Assembly (NCBI GenBank): GCA_050084515.1
Contig: CM114271.1
Span: forward strand, 26,970,001-27,034,000
Direction of reading: 5' to 3'
DNA length: 64,000 bases
DNA from: Blasia pusilla
Lineage: Eukaryota
This document shows, piece by piece, positions 27,501 through 39,541 of this stretch. The notes beneath the pieces were generated by a model that was not told the DNA's origin, ran no database searches, and saw only the letters and a list, made by a program, of their open reading frames with translations. Made by a program: the position numbers and the translations under genes. The number at the start of each line of letters is the position of its first letter. Within the stretch, counting starts at the first letter, position 1.

Positions 27501-30500
27501 ACCTTACATAAGGAGGATTTCTATTCCAAGACTTCTGAAAGACATGCACTGATCATGATTTATACGGCCTGGTTAGTTGTTTGGCCCTTCCCATCAGTCA
27601 AAATTGTATGGTGTTGTTGAGATTTGGCTCACAAAGTAGAGATTTCTAGTGTTGCTTTTGACCTATATTCGTCACTTCCCTAGGGCTATATTTTCCGAAT
27701 CATGTGTAGTCTTGCTAGTATCTTAGAAGAAGAAATTATAAACACTGGCACAATCCTTACGAAGGGGTTCTTGTATTTCTTTGTTGGAAGTAACCCTTCC
27801 AAGCGTTAGGATTTGTGAAAAATGATCCTAATCAGAAACCACCCTGAACTAGGTACGTTTCTTGGTGTTGGTCCTGGCCTGTATAATCTTAAGAATGGGT
27901 GGCAAACTGTCATATTCACACTCCACCCTAAACTATATTTTCCTGTGATGGATTTGAGTTTCACAAGCTTTACATTATGTGCGAAATGATTCTCAGGCAA
28001 ATTCTAATTACCCTCTAGTCTGGCCTGAGCCAAATGTTCCCAAGAGATGAAACCCATGGTGTTTCAAATTTCGTTGGCCAAAGGTGAACCCAGCTCAATG
28101 TTTTGAATACATGAAACCCATTGTGTTTTTAAAAATTTTGCCTATTGAATCTGCCCCCTGCTGAATGTTTGTAACAGATGAAACCTGTAGTTGTTCTGTG
28201 TTGTGTACGTCAACTCTGAACTGAGCTAAACATTTCCGGTTGACAAAACTCATGATGTTTCTATCATTGGGTGTCAAGTCTGGACGCAGCTAGATGTTTT
28301 CCACAGCGGAAACCCTTGGTGTTTCTATATTTTGTTTGTTATGCCTGGACAGGGCTAGATTTTCCCAACAGTTGAGATCCACTGTGTTTCTACATCGTGT
28401 GTGTTCAGTCTGAATATAGCTGAACAGATGAAACTCATGGTGTTTCTGCATTTTTTACATCAAGTCTGCACTGAGCTGAATTTGTTCAACGGACCAAACC
28501 CATGGCATTCCTACAATTTGTTTCACAAGTCTGCACTGAGTAAATGTGTCCATACTGTTTCTACATTATGTTGAGTCTTGAAGGGGGTGATTTTTTTCCA
28601 ACAGATAAAATCCATGTGGTCTTAATCACCTGCATTTCTGTTCACAGGACTTTATCAAGTTTATACTGTGTCATACAGGTGTGATCATTGTCAAGCCATG
28701 AAGCGTGATTGGCTTGAGCTTGCAAGGGATCCACAAATCCCCGGGCTACTAGTGGCAAAGATAAATGTTGATCACTTCAAGACTTTTCCAGGGATTCGTC
28801 TTTTGCAGGGCGTTCCGAGTGTCTTCTTTTTTCGGAATTCTATTGTTCATGGCAAGTACGAAGGATCACGAGAGTTGCCCGATTTGAGGTTGTGGGCAGA
28901 AAGGATGGTGAATCTTTCAGAAGTAGATGCACGAATTGCACTTGAGCAAATTCATGCACAGGAAGCTCAGATGGAGAGGATCTCTCACAAAAAACTAGCA
29001 GAAGAGGGCATCCATATCGGTGTCAATGAGGTCAGTTTGCCTTCCTAACCTTGTGTGAGTAACTAGACTCACTGATGCAGAAGTGCTACACTTTAGGTGT
29101 GCTAGCTTGGTGATTGCGCTGAATAGTAGGGAGGCGATTTTTTTTCTTATATAGGTCTCGCCCTCCCTCATTTGTGATCAGTTGTGGCCCTGATTTTGCT
29201 AGATTTTTCAAGTCCCCACTTCTTGTGTTTTTGATGGATGTTGTTTCTAATTGATAGGAGTTCAACCGAATTCAAGATCTGACAACCGAAAATTTTGAAA
29301 AAGAGACTAAAGCGACATCTGCGCTTGTCTTATTTTACACAGAGAGGTAAATGTTGGCAGTCTCAAAAGAACATCTTCAATTGAAGAAGATTTTGCCTCT
29401 TGTTTCAGCTCTGATTGTTCATTCTTTCTAGCCAGGAATGTGGTTATGCCTAGCAAGTTCGTTACAATCTTGGATCATCATCCCCTCAATCATGTTGAGA
29501 TTTTTGCCTCAGGGGTGAGCGATCACAGCTCATGAAGCCAGTGTGGGTGGCTCTATCAAAGTTTCAAGATCTCAGCGGACTTTTGGTGGCGAAGTTTCTA
29601 GCAACAGATTATAGGTGAGTGCTTCATTTCCAAGAAAGTATATCATAACTATCTTCAAAGGGTCTTTTTTGGAACTATGAAACTAGGTTTGTAGTGATGG
29701 TGGTGTGGAATTGTAATACAAGCACAAGTGAAAGTCTTGATACTGCTAGCCAGTTAGATTTTGGTTGCTCTTTTCCTTGAGACTTCGAGTTGGAAATTGA
29801 TTGCATGCATATGTGAGAGTTGAATGAACTTCATTAAAGAGGATGGCTGGATGGATTTGCAGTTGGAGTCCTGAACTGGAATTCGTTCATGGTTATCCCA
29901 CAATCCTTCTTGTGAGAAATGGGCTTATGATTGAGAGGTACGAAGGGATTCATAAGCTTGATGAATTGTATCACTATGCAAAAACACTTCTGGGGCTTGG
30001 CGACGAGGAAGCAAGGATAAAGCATGGTTTCCTTGCACGAGCCATGCAGCGGGTGAGTCTAACTGAACTCCCCAAATGGTGGTTTGAATGACTGGTTTGG
30101 GCCCTCATTGGTTGAGGAAGGGTACATCCAAAATCTAGTAGAAGACGAATCAAACACCCATGTACTCGACTCCTTGATTCACCCTCCTTGTTTACTTCAT
30201 GGGTTTTTCCCATCCTTCATGGGTGTTTTTTTCCTTTTGATATTCCTACATGAGCTTTTTTGCATGCGCAAACGCCCTTTGCACTCATCAAATCAATCCT
30301 AAGTAGCCCCCATGTAGGAATATGCCTTCGGGATGACGATTCAGAGAAAAAAAAAATGTTCCTTTATGTGGCACTCTTTCCTTATCATGTACTTGTTAGG
30401 AAGGGTACATGGGTGTTTGATTCGTCTCCTACTAGATTTTGTCTCACATAAATATTCTCCAATGCAAAAGGGATTTGGGCATTGATCAAATTTGTTTAAT

Positions 30501-30722
30501 TCTCAAAAGTTAATCTATTTGATCACCTCTGGTTTTCAGTAGATCAAAGGTTTGTTCTTGGTGCAAATTGGCTGATAAAGTCCGCGCGTGGTGGTTTAGG
30601 AGCGCTTGATGAAATCTGAGAGAGAACGCCTCCGAGTGAAAGCAGAGCAAAAGAGAAGGGAAGAGGAGTTAAGGAAAGCACGACAGGATCGGAGAAAGCA
30701 AAAATTCCGAAGTAGTGCATAG
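24504..30722 (+). CDS. Three-thioredoxin-domain PDI-like protein, 8 exons, about 508 aa (last exon inferred)
   Basis: Exons 24504-24721, 26106-26394, 27408-27571, 28679-29030, 29258-29346, 29513-29614, 29863-30052, 30600-30722. Introns are GT-AG and the 1527 nt stay in frame. Three Trx folds each show L-T..F, LV.FY..W, VAK and the cis-Pro motifs LPTI, VPSV, YPTI. Active-site positions read WSGQS, WCDHC and RGERS. The N-terminus is hydrophobic. Confidence 0.8.
28020..28625. repeat. Degenerate ~64-bp minisatellite (about 9-10 units) in intron 3 of the Trx gene
   Basis: The core gatgaaacccatggtgtttc recurs in variant form near 28048, 28110, 28177, 28245, 28308, 28375, 28427, 28495 and 28605. 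Confidence 0.7.
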
Positions 30723-31779
30723 AATGAGTCAATGTCATTGTGAAGTCGTCCATAGAACAAGGTGACAAGGCAAATAGTCGAATTTTCTTTCAGGTGTGGT
30801 GAAGGAGAGTGTAATATGATACAACTACTGAGTTTACATTTGCAAAACGGAAATATGGAAATAAATCAGAAAAAGACATACATTTTCGAAAATAAAATAA
30901 TATTGCATTAAGATGCATTGCTTCTTAATTGTGGAGTATTGTAGTCCATATGATCTTTAGGGGATTTAAAGAGTATGAGAGGGCCTTGTACTGACCTTTG
31001 GTTGTGTTATATATCATATTTGGAAACAATAATCAAAGATATGAAAAGTGAACATCCATTTTGAGTGAAGTCAAAACTAATCAAGGTGGATATTAGGCTA
31101 GAATAGTGAAGAGGGATGGGAAAAAAAAAGTCTACAAATGAAATTGAAAACACTTAAATAAAATATGAACTATGTGCTTAGTTGTTAGAAAACAAATTGG
31201 ATGTGTGAATTAATGGTCTATTGGGTGTGAATGGACAACACGATTGAAATTCAAACACTTTGGTTGCACTAGTCAAAGCCAATGCTTGTGATTGTTGGAA
31301 CATCATCTCTACATATTGTCGAGAGGAAGTAGTGATACTCGAAAGAGGAATATGAGAAGGGGCAAGTTTGGTAATTTTCATGAGAAAGTTTTGAGGACAT
31401 CTCAAAAAACATATGGGAGCGGCCAACTAGTTACTTGATGAAAAGAATAAAGATATTAGTTGTATGTTTCCTCGGTTAACTTATCTACTTGATTCTTGGA
31501 ACTCCTCCATGACTAGGATTGTAAACTTAGCATGTTGGATGGCTTTGTGGGTATATCACATCCCATGATTGATGTCCATGTTTGTCTCTCTTGATCTTGT
31601 CTTGCCCTAACCAACGCTTATATCGGCTTTGGGGGAAGGGGTTCATAAGTGCATGAGAAATCATTGGTATAGATTGCTTTCAATGTTGTTCAACCACTCC
31701 CAAACTAACAATCTATATCAGGAAATTCGGATCCATCTTTTGACTCAATTCATAGTGTCAAGATGGCTAAAACAACAAC

Positions 31780-34700
31780 CAGTCAACACCTCCGCCGGTG
31801 CACCAAAGTGACTAAGCACACGATCTAGAAACGCATAAGCTGTTCCCTTGCTCGCCTTGTCCGGTAGTGCCACCAACTCTATCCACTTGGGGAAATGCTC
31901 CACCGTGACCAAAACATACCTGTGATGACGCCCCGTCAATGGCAAAGGTCCCGCAAAGTCTAAACTCCACCGATAACCTAAACCCATAATCGGCAAAGGA
32001 TGTAACTGGGGAGTGGGAGCATTGAAAGATGCTCGCACTCTATCACAAACCATATATGTGGCCACAAACTACTGTACCCGAGTAAGCATGCCGCGCCACC
32101 AATACTAAACCTAGAGTAAGCTGTAAGTACGCTTTATTCCAAAATGCCCCAATTCACGTGCTCGTTGGGAAGGATGAGATACCACTCGTATCCTACCATC
32201 TCCCCATACCCGCAAAATGTGAGTCCCCTCCCACTTGAAACTCTTGGCTCTCTGTAGGATCCGATCCCGCTCCCTAGCACTCACTATGCTCGCTATGACG
32301 CCAATGCGCAAGAACTCCACAACCTCCACGTTGTCATGGATATCACAACCACCTATCCTCTCCTCACTGACCTCAGGATCCAAAGACTCATCATCCAACC
32401 CCACCACTTGAGTCATCACCTGTGGCTGACCTACCATAGTCAACCAACAAAGATAGGCAGATGCATGCCAACCAGGCATCATCTCCTCATCACTCTCTCT
32501 ATGCCATCGAGCTCCTGTGTCGTCTCTCTGACTTGGACATGGGTTACGACTCAACCCATCCGCATCCTAGTTCAGCTGGCCTGGCCTATGAACCACCTCA
32601 AACTCATACTCATGTAGTAATAGAGCCCACATGGCAAGCTTTCCCGTAAGCTTGTCGGACTCCATCAACCGCCTCAACGGCTGATGATCAGTGATAAGTG
32701 TGAAAGGGTTGCCGAATAAATAGCACCTAAAATGTGCCACGGCCCACACTATAGCCAAGCACTCTCCCTCGTAACAGCTGTACTTCGCCTCTGCAATGTT
32801 GTTCGATCGGCTCGCATTAGCCACAATGAACTCCCTCTCCTCGTCATCCCTCTGAGTAAGCACTACTCCTAGACCCAACATGCTCCAATCCGTATGTAAC
32901 TGGAATAGGCGACCCCTAACCGGTCTCTGTAAAATGGGTGAGGACGTCAACCTCTCCTTGAGCTCCTGAAATGCTCGCTCTTGATGATCTCCCCACAACC
33001 AAACTTGATAAAGTCTCGTCAACAAGGTCAAAGACTTTGCGATCGCACTAAAACCCTTGACATATCGTTGATAGAAGTTCGCCAGTCCAAGAAACACTCG
33101 GACTCGACTCACATCTGTAGGGCGTGGAATCTGCGCAATAGCCTCTACCTTCGTCTGCTGAACGCCTAACCCACTCAGGTATATCGTGTGTCCCAAGTAC
33201 TCAATCTGCTCCTGAAAGAATATGCACTTGCCTGGATGTAACTTCAGTCCATGTAACTGCAATCGCCGAAATATCTCCTCCACGTGTCACTCATGCTCCT
33301 CAACCGTGGAACTGAAAATAAGAATATCATCTATGTAACATCGTTCAAAATCCAAGCCAGCCAGAATCCTATTCATCACTTTCTGAAACTCTGCACGCGC
33401 ATTCTTCAACCTAAATGGTAAGAACCGCCATTGATACAAGCAATCTCTCCCGAACCGGTCTATCCCCCAGAATGTTGTCTTCTCCCTATCCTTCAACCTG
33501 ATAGGAAGCTGATGATAGCCAATACGGAGATCTAAAGTATTGGAGATCTTTGCATGCCCTACCGCATCAAAGATCTCCTCAAGAGTAGGCATGGCGTACC
33601 GATCTGACCTCGTCTGTCGGTTGATAGGACGGTAATCTCCATACATCCGCCTATCTGTCCAATTGCCATACATATCCTTCTTCGTCAACATGACTGTGGC
33701 AGATGCATACTCCCCATGTGATAACTCCACAAGTCCTGCCTCCAACAAGTCCTGACTCCTGCTCTGAATCAAGGCTCGCTCCATATCAGAATACTTGTAG
33801 GGTCGACGAAAGATCGGCGTATCACCAACCAACTTAATCCGTATTCCGGGACCCTTCAGCGTACCCAAGTCTCTCATACTGAAGGCAAAACAACTGACAT
33901 GCCCTCTCAGAAACGTATGAACTCGCCGTCGCTCTCCTCCTATCAACTTGAGACCTATCATAGGCCCCCAAGTCTCCATCGTGATCTCACTTGGAGAGGA
34001 CGCAACCTCAGGCTTTGGTTGCTATAAAGCAACCCTAGCCACCTCCGCAACTATCACTCCACTCTGACCTCCTACACTATGCTCCACATCCAAAAAATGA
34101 ACATGTGCTACTTTGGCCGCCTTCGCACTCTCCGCTCGAACAACGTTCCATGAAGACCATGGATGCCTATCTCTCCTCGTCCCGCCCCCAGCCAATGCCT
34201 GTATAGACCTTGTAGGCAATGGTCCAACTCGTGGACGTGACGATATAGATGACACTCGCATTTGTCTCTGCTCAGCCATACCTAGGTTGACTATCCATGT
34301 GAGACAGTTGAGGTCCATCGCCTACCCCAACACCTGTCTCCCGGATGCCTCAATCATACTTGACACCGTCGTAGTACCCGTAGCAAACCCCATGGCGCGC
34401 TTGCGCTCATATGCTGTAGGCTCTTCTTATGCTCGGGTCACCTCATCCCAAATCATGCCTGGCCCTCCCTGACGAAAGGCATGGGAAGCTGGGAAGCTCA
34501 CCAACGTAGGTAAGGCTGCCCTCAACTCCCCCACCATATTGGCCATTGCCAACGGTGGTCTATCATCCTGCGTCACCACTTGAGATCGACGCCCTGAGCC
34601 CAAAATAGCATCCACTGTGAGATGTGGTCTCTCCGTGGGACTATCCGCTACTGGGACATCCTCCGCATGTGCGTTCCCCTCCAACAACTCTCCTGGCTTG

Positions 34701-37700
34701 CTAACACTATCTGTGAAAGTTGCCATCGTGGTCACACACTCGTCTCATGCTCGACCACCTCGTCCTGCAAACTGCATGGATAAGTGACTCATCAGCCCGT
34801 CACTTGACCGCCTCTCTGGCCGATAAGCAACGGTCTCCTCCCAGAAGTCAAGGATGAATCCTAGGGGATATAATACTGTACTCCCCACCAACACATCGTA
34901 CGACTCAGCTGATATCGTAATCGCACGTGTGCGCACCATAGCACTATCTGTCGCATGCTCTCGCTGGACTCTGACAACTATCTCCTGTCGAGTCATATAC
35001 TGCGTGGGTGACACACCCCCAATCTAGGTCTATATCTGGAAGGGACACGTCTCAATGTCGTTCTTCCGTAATCCCAACGCTAAAAACGCCGCCTTTCCTA
35101 ACATCAAGATCTGCGCTCCCGAATCAAGTAGGACGCGCTGCAATGGTATACTGTCCCCATTGGACTAACCAAGCGAAATACTCCTGCTCGATTATCCAGT
35201 AACACTACTCGAGGTGTCACCACTGCTCGCTCTATGGCCGGTCGAGTTGGCATATCTACCAACTTCGCCGCCGCCGCATGCCATGACTTTGTAGGGGACG
35301 TCTCAAGCACCGGCTTTGAGGGCAACTCCACCACCTCCTCATTTACCTTTGATGAAGAAGCAGTCACCTTTCCACGCTCGCACAACGTGGCAGCCAGCCG
35401 GAACACCTCAACTGGTCCAACTCCCAACGTCGCCAACTCTATGGCGGAAAATAGCGGAGTCTGACTCACTCTTGAGGCCACCTCTAACACTATGGTCGAC
35501 ACTGATTCCACTCGCACCGGCATAGGAGTTGTCACTCCAACTCCTAGTGACGTTGACGTATCTGCCTGAGTTGTAGGCACCGCTGGTCGTTGAGGCACCA
35601 TCGATGGTGTGTGTAGTGCCTGCGACAATGTGAATGACTGTGGAACCCTGGCCTACCACCCATCGGTCCCCTCCGGTGGATCGGATCAATCTCAACTCCA
35701 CTTCACGATGACTCGGTGCCACTTGCAGCACCCCGAGTCATCACTGCAGCCGCCTCAACTTGAGCTGCACTACACAGAAACCCCATACTAGCGAGATCCT
35801 CACTCGGGTCAGGGTAAGAGGTAAAAGCTGGAGCCACACTAGCTGCTCCCGGCTCCCTGCCTTCCCTGAGCTGCATCATCGTCATGGCAACAATCCTCTG
35901 CTCGAATTGATCGATGCGTAAGAGAACTGCCGGCTCTAGTACTTCTGCTCCATCTCCTCTGGCTGATGGTGGTCCTCTACCATCACGTCCAAGAAGAACT
36001 CCTCAACCTCCTCCAAGACGACTGCCCCCAGGCCCTCGGCCTACCTCTGGACGTGCCTCTCGACTAAGGTCAAAACATCTATCCCTAGTATGACCATATT
36101 TGTGGCAATAGTCATACTCGTACTGCGGTGGGGCCATCCTCTATGGCTCCCGAGCAATCGGAGGCGATTGTGGTTCTCTCCCATGCTGTGTGCAGTCTCT
36201 CTGCATGTGGGCTCCTCCACACGTCCAACAAGACAACATCAGTTCCTACTGGGCAACATATGTAGGTACGGGTCGTTGCCTCATAGGCTCACAGTACCTG
36301 ACCTGCTCTCTGGGCGCACTGGCCATCTCCTGTGATACTGGTGCTCGCTGTGGCACCAGTGGGGTCATCGTCACTTGCGGATCCGTCGACTCTCGAGAAA
36401 ATTCAGCGGTCACTACTTGCTCCTCATTCATATTGAGCTCAACACGCTCAGACAACTCAAAGACCACCTTTAATGTGGGCTTTGCTGTGTGAAACAACAC
36501 CGCATCTCGGACTCTCCTCTGTAGTTCTCGGTCCAAAACTCCGTACCAATTCTAGACTAACAGCGCCTCAGTCACTCCATACGTAGCAATGATCAGTATC
36601 CTCATGTGTGTGAATGCCTCTCTCAGACTCTCACCCGATCGTCGCTGAAAATCCTGTAGACTCTTCAGATTGTCTCCTGCGAAGTGATATTGCCTCCGTG
36701 TGCGATCTCGTCACCAGACCTAGTGTCTAGTGATAATGATCTAGCCACAGATGGATGTCGAGGTAGCTCCTCACTCGTAACCCCAACACTCTCAATCACA
36801 GAAGATATGTGTGAGAAAAGGGAAAAGAATGGGTAACCTGATCACGCCCACCAACCTACTACACCGTCAACATCCACTCCATACGTGTGGCTCCGTAGCA
36901 CAACCATCTCCTCGCACACATGTCAAACCTCCCGTGAGCATCGGCGTGTGTGTCCCCATCACAACCCTCGCAAATCCCAGCCAAGCCCGAAAAATATCAT
37001 GTCGCGCAAACCTCTCCGTACATCCCCACACTCGTCCCGTAACCTTACTCAACTCTGTCTGAACTCAACCATGTCATCCCATCTACCACGTTACCAATGC
37101 CTCTACCACGTCGACCTTTCCTGACTACGTATGTGTGACTAACCACGTCCATGTCTACCACATCCGGTGTACCACGTTGGGACGTCGCCAACCATGACGC
37201 TCCCAACCACGTCATTGTGGGAGGGAGCCTGGCCCTCCCCTATGAACCCTAAATGCGGGGGAAGACCCGAGTCTCGACTACCCTTTCTCCTTCTCTCTCT
37301 CTGTGTTCTCCGCCATCCCATCTCTTCCGTGGCTCCCAACTCCTACGCCTTAGAAACCCCTGAACCGTGTCTGTCTCCCAAAAGCACGCCCTTACCTTTC
37401 TTTCTCCCTACGGCTACTACCAATTGCCTCCTTCTTTCCTTCGAAGGTTCTGTCCAACCCTAGCCTCCGTCCGACTCTCCTTCGGGCACTTTGCCCTATG
37501 CAACTGCCCCGCTCCTCCTTACTCTTCCTTGCGACCCTTCTTCCTTCCTGGACAAGCCCTCCATGACTCCCCGCTCTCCCTTCCTCATGCCTTTGAGTTC
37601 TGTGCCCGCGGCCCTATGAAGCCCGCGTAGCCCTCATAACTCCTCTAGGCACGATTCACTATGGAGCGACTTCCTAACCTAAAATCGGGCCGCACCCTAG

Positions 37701-38526
37701 CCCGTACTCCTACCCAGGCTGCCTACGTACGTATTAGCTAGGCGGCTACGACTTAACCTCCTTGCTTAACAGCCCCTTGGCGGCTCTATGACAAAGCTCT
37801 AGAGTTGCTCTTCCATCCCTCTCTCGACACTCTCACTCGCGTTCACCTAACGCCACACTTCCTGCTACCCTCAGCTGTTGTCCCCCATCAACTCGCACCA
37901 GCAAAATCTGAGAAAAACGGACAACGCTTCTACCCACGGCCTTCCGCGTGGAAAAAATGACAAACACAATGCCAACCAGCGTCTCCACGAGCTCCCCACC
38001 AAGGCAACTCACTTGCCTACCTACAAACAACGAATTCCCACCAGCCCGTCTGACAACTTTCTCATGTAAAAATAAAGAGTAGTAATAAATGGCACACCCG
38101 GCCTAAAACTCCACTCCTACATCGGCATACTGAGTCTCGTGCACCCTGTGCTATCAAGACATTCGGACGCTAGCACCCGAATCCTTTCTCACATATATAC
38201 AAGGGGGGTGGTCCAACGACCCAACATGAGAAAGATGGCTTAGGAGAGCCATCTTCCTCTCTTATATAGGTAGAGCAACCCCTAAAAATAGTTATCCCCT
38301 TGGTAATGTGCGCGCACAGGTTACCAGGGGCGGGTGAACCAATCAATAAGTCACCCGATTGTGAAAGACCTCAACAGAAAAGTTGTCAGAAACGACGTTC
38401 CTAACACAATGGACCTATCCTCAACCCCATCCGACACCGTTGGACAAAATTACACTCAAGATAATACGCTGGCTCTTATGCCCTATCCATTGTAGATCCT
38501 GGCCAATCGGTTATTAAGATGTGACA
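31780..38526 (-). mobile_element. Ty3/gypsy remnant C: LTR-gag-PR-(DNMT-like fragment)-RT-RNaseH-INT, 3'-truncated in the integrase core
   Basis: PR region 34745-35628. RT 33287-33979 (GDYRPIN, LDLRIGYHQ, LPFRLKNA, CYIDDILIFS). RNase H 32567-33283 (LHTDWS, YEGECLA, LITDHQPL). INT 31780-32554 (ELGHFG, CDR, WSLDFAGP). The domain order is gypsy-type. LTR-homologous segment about 38093-38526 ends GATGTGACA. Confidence 0.95.
34270..34632 (-). pseudogene. C-terminal fragment of a C5-cytosine DNA methyltransferase-like domain embedded in gypsy pol
   Basis: In-frame translation reads RPHLTVDAILGSGRRSQVV...LPTLVSFPASHAFRQGGPGMIWDEVTRA*EEPTAYERKRAMGFATGTTTVSSMIEASGRQVLG*AMDLNCLTWIV. This resembles motif IX (E.ER..GF....T) and motif X (R...LG.[AS]) of DNMT3/DRM-type enzymes. 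Confidence 0.7.
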
Positions 38527-39541
38527 GAGTACTTAGATGATTTTGTTGAGAAAGACAACAAGTTCCAAACGTCATGAAAGTTTAGGGAGGGATTTCAAAA
38601 CTAGATTTCACATTTCCAATATCTTTTCTTCCGAAAATCTTCACTCGTGATGAGATGCACCGGAAGGCCGAAGTGGGCCCAAGAACCTCTCATTCGAATC
38701 AGGACTTTTCTGATCTACTTCACGGGTTTGACAGCATTCATGTGTTGGAAAACTTTCCTTCACGGAGACCAAAAAAGTACATTCGGCACTTTAGGAACAC
38801 AGATTAACCTAGCCACTACCTCACCAACATGTCCCAGATATAAAAAGAAAGGGAAGCGTTCACTTCCTTCCCTTTTTACCGGAAGCCTTATGCTGTCGCA
38901 GTGGTAAAATATAGATGCTGAGAAATAATAATGATCCTATACTCTGAAACTAATATGAATATAACCTAGTCGAATCGTCCGTTGTATATTTCGAGATTAT
39001 TTTCTTCGTGTAGGAGGTTGTAACGCGTTGTCTATTACGAGGATCCTTAAGCGTTGGAGGACATCAGATTCCAAATTCGAGAGTTCGGCGGCCAAATCCT
39101 CGCACATCGAAGAGTTTGGGTCGCAATTTGGGCTGTGACATAACTGCACATAGTCGGCGTACAGGTCCAAGGTGCGTAGCAAGCAATCGGTGTGGTTCAT
39201 CCAAGCTGGTGATTTCACGGCCCTTTGTGTACACGGACCCTGCCTGTTTTTCGCACCTCGTAGAAAGAAGTGGGCAGTTCTTGCCGGGCACTGCCAGTTC
39301 AATGACGGAACTTCCAACAATTAATCGACTTTAGTTCAGGTCTACCCGAACGAATCGGCATGGATCAAGGACCGTGAGTTAGCTCGGTGGTGACACTTTC
39401 TCATATGACCGGCTCGGGTGAGTCGGGTCCAGTCGAAAGTCATCAACAGCAGCTGAAACGCTGTCCGTTATAGAAGGAGAGTCGAAGTCAGCCAGCCACA
39501 TACAGACGAGTGCGGTGATAGATGTAGTGAGGGCGAACTCG

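Noticed and set aside
30537-30575. CAGTAG tandem acceptor as last exon of the Trx gene
   Set aside because: It gives an immediate stop or a 10-residue tail. The acceptor at 30597-30599 gives a more coding-like exon, though this is unresolved without RNA data.
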